From an uncultured Planctomycetota bacterium (lineage in GTDB: Bacteria; Planctomycetota; Planctomycetia; Isosphaerales; Isosphaeraceae), in contig CAWGMQ010000008.1 of assembly GCA_963823665.1 (NCBI GenBank), forward strand, positions 160,001-224,000: 64,000 nucleotides of DNA. Direction: 5' to 3'. How positions within the stretch are numbered: the stretch's first letter is position 1; each line of letters begins with the position of its first letter. The translations under genes and the position numbers were made by a program. This document shows positions 60,437 through 64,000 of this stretch, piece after piece. The notes beneath the pieces were generated by a model. That model did not search any database. It was given only the letters and a program-made list of their open reading frames with translations, and was not told where the DNA came from.

Positions 60437-61237
60437 GTGGCGCCCGAGTCGGAGACCTGGGTTCGGTCGGCACTGATCGAGCTCAACAACGTCTCGCTCC
60501 GGTTCGTCAATTACGCCGACAAGCAATACTCGCTCAAACGAGCCGTGCTCGACATGGTGCTGCGCCGCGAGGCGCCCGTGCCGGCGGCGGAATTCTGGGC
60601 CCTTTCGCGCATCAGCTTGAAGATCGGCCAGGGCGAGCGCGTAGGAGTCGTCGGCGGCAATGGCGCCGGCAAGAGCACCCTGCTGCGGATGCTCGCCAGG
60701 ATTTACCCACCCACTCTCGGTCAAGTATCGATTCACGGCACTGTGGCTCCGCTCATCGAGATGGGAGCGGGCTTCAATCCCGAGCTAAGCGGCAAGGACA
60801 ACATCATCCTGAACGGCGCGATGCTCGGCTTCAGCCGCAGCCGGATGCTCGGCATGATGGAAAAGATTCACGAGTTCACCGGTCTGGCCGAATTCGCCGA
60901 GATGCCGCTCAAGTATTATTCCAGCGGAATGTACATGCGGCTGGCCTTCGCGATCGCGACCGAGGTTGACCCCGATATTCTCTTGATCGACGAATCGCTA
61001 GGTGTGGGCGACGCGGCGTTCAAAGACAAGGCGAAGGCCCGCCTGCGGCGGTTGTTCGAGCGAACGAAGGCGGTGGTTCTCGTTTCTCACGAGATGGATG
61101 CGCTCCGCGAGCTCTGCACCCGCGGCCTCTGGATCGAGCACGGCCATCTCGTGGCCGACGGTCCGATCAACGAGATCATCGACCGTTACCTCGAAGCCGT
61201 GGCGGCGCGAGCCGCGCCGGTGGCACCCCCGGCGTGA
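60437..61237 (+). CDS. ABC polysaccharide export ATPase (Wzt-like)
   Basis: FWAL, GGNGAGKST, YSSGMYMRLAF, LLIDE. Confidence 0.9.
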   Translation: MAPESETWVRSALIELNNVSLRFVNYADKQYSLKRAVLDMVLRREAPVPAAEFWALSRISLKIGQGERVGVVGGNGAGKSTLLRMLARIYPPTLGQVSIHGTVAPLIEMGAGFNPELSGKDNIILNGAMLGFSRSRMLGMMEKIHEFTGLAEFAEMPLKYYSSGMYMRLAFAIATEVDPDILLIDESLGVGDAAFKDKAKARLRRLFERTKAVVLVSHEMDALRELCTRGLWIEHGHLVADGPINEIIDRYLEAVAARAAPVAPPA

Positions 61238-61344
61238 CTGGCCCATTCGGCATTGACCGCAACGCCCGTGTGCGTCATCATTCGCCACCGATCGCTGCCG
61301 GGGCCGTTGCGCCCTTTCATCGTGGGTTAATGGAGTGACCCGCC

Positions 61345-63351
61345 ATGCTGTTGGCTCAGTGGACGATCCTGGCCGCTTCGCTCGTGGCCTGGTCGGATAC
61401 AATCACTATCCAGCCGAGTCGCGGCGATCGCGCGTCGGGCCTCCAGCGCAGCATTTCCGGCCTGGACAAGCCCAGCGACCGCACCGTGGAAACGCTCCGG
61501 CGATTCGATCTCGACAAGGAATACCGCAAGGACGTCAACTCGGCTCTTCAGCACCTCGAGAAATACGCCCAGCGCCGCGCCGAGCCGGAGCTGGTCTACG
61601 CCTTGGCCGAGCTTTCCTGGATCGAAGGCAAACGGCTCGAGCGCTGGCGCAGCAGCCAGCCCCAGGCAATTGATCGCTTCTTGGATGCCGCCGCCTACGC
61701 GCATGACTATCTCTTCGGCAAGGAGCCAGAGCTCACCGAGGGACGCAGCCGCTCGGACCCGCGCTTCCGCCTGGCCTGCGAGATTTACAACGCCGGCGTC
61801 GAGCGATTGATCCGCGCCGCCATGACCAAGGGCCAGATCCAACTCCAGAACGGCGAGGCGATTCCGTTCAAGGTACACGGCCGCGAGCAGTCGCTGCGCA
61901 TCCTCCTTCAGGAGTCGCCCTGGAATCAAGCGGATATCCACAAGATCTTGCTGACGTCTGATTTCGAGGTCACAGGCCTGAACAGGGACCTCTACCAGTA
62001 CGGTCTGGGCGTGCCCTTGATCGCCGTCCGCGAGACCGGCCATAACGATCAAAAGAAGGGCGAGCGGTCGCCGGCGGAACGGTTCTATCCCGACGAGATG
62101 GCCTTCCCGCTCACCGCCTTCCTGGTGCCGAACTCCCGCCTCTCTGATCCCAACGTCGATATCAAGGAGGCCCGGGAATGCACCCTCAAGCTGTATGATC
62201 CCGTGCACGACCACGATGTCGGCGAGGACTCGAACAAGATCGCGCTCGAGATCGATCTCACCACTCCGCTCGCCTACATGTGGTCGCGCACCGACCTCGA
62301 TCGCTATCGCTGGACCGGCCTGCTTCGCCCCGAGCACGCCCTCGAGCGGGCGAACCTGCTTTTGATCCGGCCCTATGATCCCAAGAAGATTCCCGTTGTG
62401 ATGGTGCATGGGCTGATCTCCACGCCGCTAGCCTGGATCCCGATGCTCAACGAGCTCCTCCGCAATCCCAAGATTCAGGAGCACTACCAGTTCCTGCTGT
62501 TCATGTACCCGACCGGCGTGCCGATCCCCATCGCCGCCGCCAGCCTGCGCGAATCGCTGATGCAGGCCAAGCAGTTGTACGACCCCGACGGCCGGGACCC
62601 GGCGTTCAATCAGATGGTGCTCCTGGGCCATAGCATGGGCGGCATCTTGAGCCGGATGATGTCCGTCTCGAGCGGCGACAAGCTCTGGCGGCTCTACTCC
62701 GACCGGTCATTCGACGACATCCTCGGCCCTCGTCCGGTGCTCGACGAGCTGCACCGCTATTTATTTTTTGAGCCACTGCCGTTCGTAAGCCGGGTCGTCT
62801 TCCTGGCCACGCCCCATCACGGCTCGGACTTGAGCCGCGGCGTCGTGGGCCGCGTCAGCTCGAATCTGATCTCCGAGCCCGACAGCATCCGCAAGCTGCT
62901 CTATCAGCTCGTGAAGGACAACCCGGATGCATTCGACTCCCGGCGGTTCCGCCCGTTCCCGACCAGCATCGAAACGCTCGACACCGACTCGCCGATCCTG
63001 GAGGCACTCCGATCCATGCAGGCCTCTGCTCCGCCAAAGGCCGTCAAATTCCATTCGATCATCGGCTCGCTGCGACCGACCGGGGTCGATAAGACCACCG
63101 ACGGTGTTGTTCCGTATCGCAGCGCTCATATCGACGATCGTGATGGGATCAGACCATGCGTCGTCGACGAGCGCGTCGTACGCTCCGATCACGGCGTGCA
63201 GAAGGATCCCGAAGCCATCCGCGAGGTGCGCGACATCCTTCGCCAGCACGTGGGCTTGCCGCCGGTCGCCGCCGCGGCGCACCAGCCCCCCCAGGTAGCA
63301 CGCGACGCTGATCCCGGCCGAAAGCTGGAAATGCAGCCCGTGAAGCAGTAA
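61345..63351 (+). CDS. Alpha/beta hydrolase
   Basis: PYDPKKIPVVMVHGL, GHSMGG, FLATPHHGS, DGVVPY. Confidence 0.85.
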   Translation: MLLAQWTILAASLVAWSDTITIQPSRGDRASGLQRSISGLDKPSDRTVETLRRFDLDKEYRKDVNSALQHLEKYAQRRAEPELVYALAELSWIEGKRLERWRSSQPQAIDRFLDAAAYAHDYLFGKEPELTEGRSRSDPRFRLACEIYNAGVERLIRAAMTKGQIQLQNGEAIPFKVHGREQSLRILLQESPWNQADIHKILLTSDFEVTGLNRDLYQYGLGVPLIAVRETGHNDQKKGERSPAERFYPDEMAFPLTAFLVPNSRLSDPNVDIKEARECTLKLYDPVHDHDVGEDSNKIALEIDLTTPLAYMWSRTDLDRYRWTGLLRPEHALERANLLLIRPYDPKKIPVVMVHGLISTPLAWIPMLNELLRNPKIQEHYQFLLFMYPTGVPIPIAAASLRESLMQAKQLYDPDGRDPAFNQMVLLGHSMGGILSRMMSVSSGDKLWRLYSDRSFDDILGPRPVLDELHRYLFFEPLPFVSRVVFLATPHHGSDLSRGVVGRVSSNLISEPDSIRKLLYQLVKDNPDAFDSRRFRPFPTSIETLDTDSPILEALRSMQASAPPKAVKFHSIIGSLRPTGVDKTTDGVVPYRSAHIDDRDGIRPCVVDERVVRSDHGVQKDPEAIREVRDILRQHVGLPPVAAAAHQPPQVARDADPGRKLEMQPVKQ

Positions 63352-63401
63352 ATTCAGTACACAGATCCGTCACCTGTCGAAAGAAAACAGAAAGCCCACC
63401 G

Positions 63402-64000
63402 ATGCCCGGCACCCTTGCTCAGAACCTCGCCGCGTTCGCCCTCTCGACACGCTTCGAAGATCTGCCTGCCGGCGTCGTTGTCGAAGCGCGCCGGCGCCTG
63501 CTCGATTCAATCGGCTGCGCGATCGGTGCCCTGGCTGAGCCCGCCCCCACCATCGCCCGCAAAGTTGCGGCACGCGCGAAAGGCACTCCCTCCGTCAACT
63601 TGATCGGCGGCGGATCGTCCGCGCCGGACTGGGCGGCTTTTGCCAACGGCGTGCATATCCGCTATCTCGACTGCAACGACACCTATCTCTCCCTCGAGCC
63701 CGCGCACCCCAGCGACAACTGGGCCGCGGTGATGGCCGCCGGTCAGCTCGCCGGCGCCGACGGCAAAGCATGGATCGCCGCGGCCGCCGTCGCGTATGAG
63801 GCCCAGTGCCGGCTCTGCGACGCGGCAAGCATCCGCGCCCGCGGCTGGGACCACACGACCTATGGCTCGATCTCCGCCACACTCGCCGCCGCCAAGCTCT
63901 TGAATCTTACCCAGGCGCAGACCGAGCACGCCGTGGGCATCGCCGCAACCACCGGCACCGCGCTGCGTCTGACCCGCGCCGGCGAGCTTTCGATGTGGAA
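63402..64000 (+). CDS. MmgE/PrpD family protein, runs off the right edge
   Basis: MPGTLAQNLAAF...RRLLDSIGCAIGA, FANG..IRYLDCNDT, HPSDN, RGWDH. Confidence 0.85.
   Translation, partial: MPGTLAQNLAAFALSTRFEDLPAGVVVEARRRLLDSIGCAIGALAEPAPTIARKVAARAKGTPSVNLIGGGSSAPDWAAFANGVHIRYLDCNDTYLSLEPAHPSDNWAAVMAAGQLAGADGKAWIAAAAVAYEAQCRLCDAASIRARGWDHTTYGSISATLAAAKLLNLTQAQTEHAVGIAATTGTALRLTRAGELSMW

Overview
High-GC bacterial DNA whose gene content and repeats suggest a planctomycete (Isosphaeraceae-like; inference). The backbone carries a STAND-type ATPase, a large Ser/Thr kinase-ATPase, MarR plus an esterase, a complete nuoA-N operon preceded by a perfect Rex-type operator, and on the right proB, purF, trmB, a FabZ-like dehydratase, a PEP-CTERM protein, a TPP enzyme, Wzm/Wzt-type ABC genes, a hydrolase and a MmgE/PrpD gene. 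Many backbone genes are broken by single-base indels, probably sequencing errors. From about 25.3 to 48.6 kb lies a visibly less GC-rich accessory island with no integrase that I can recognise. It holds (i) a row of att-like scars (three tRNA-Leu fragments sharing a conserved flank and arm-type repeats, a tmRNA 3' end, two weaker tRNA remnants) separating one- or two-gene cargo units, (ii) a TcmP-DUF5131 pair, (iii) a SNF2-AIPR-Mod-Res type III restriction cluster followed by a putative HEPN RNase, and (iv) a nine-iteron origin next to a truncated RepA. The most unusual item is a complete tRNA-like cloverleaf at 36711-36814 (minus strand) whose anticodon loop is replaced by a long hairpin and whose 5' end overlaps the stop codon of the HEPN gene. 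It is a candidate tRNA-mimic partner of a restriction-linked RNase, but that function is a hypothesis.
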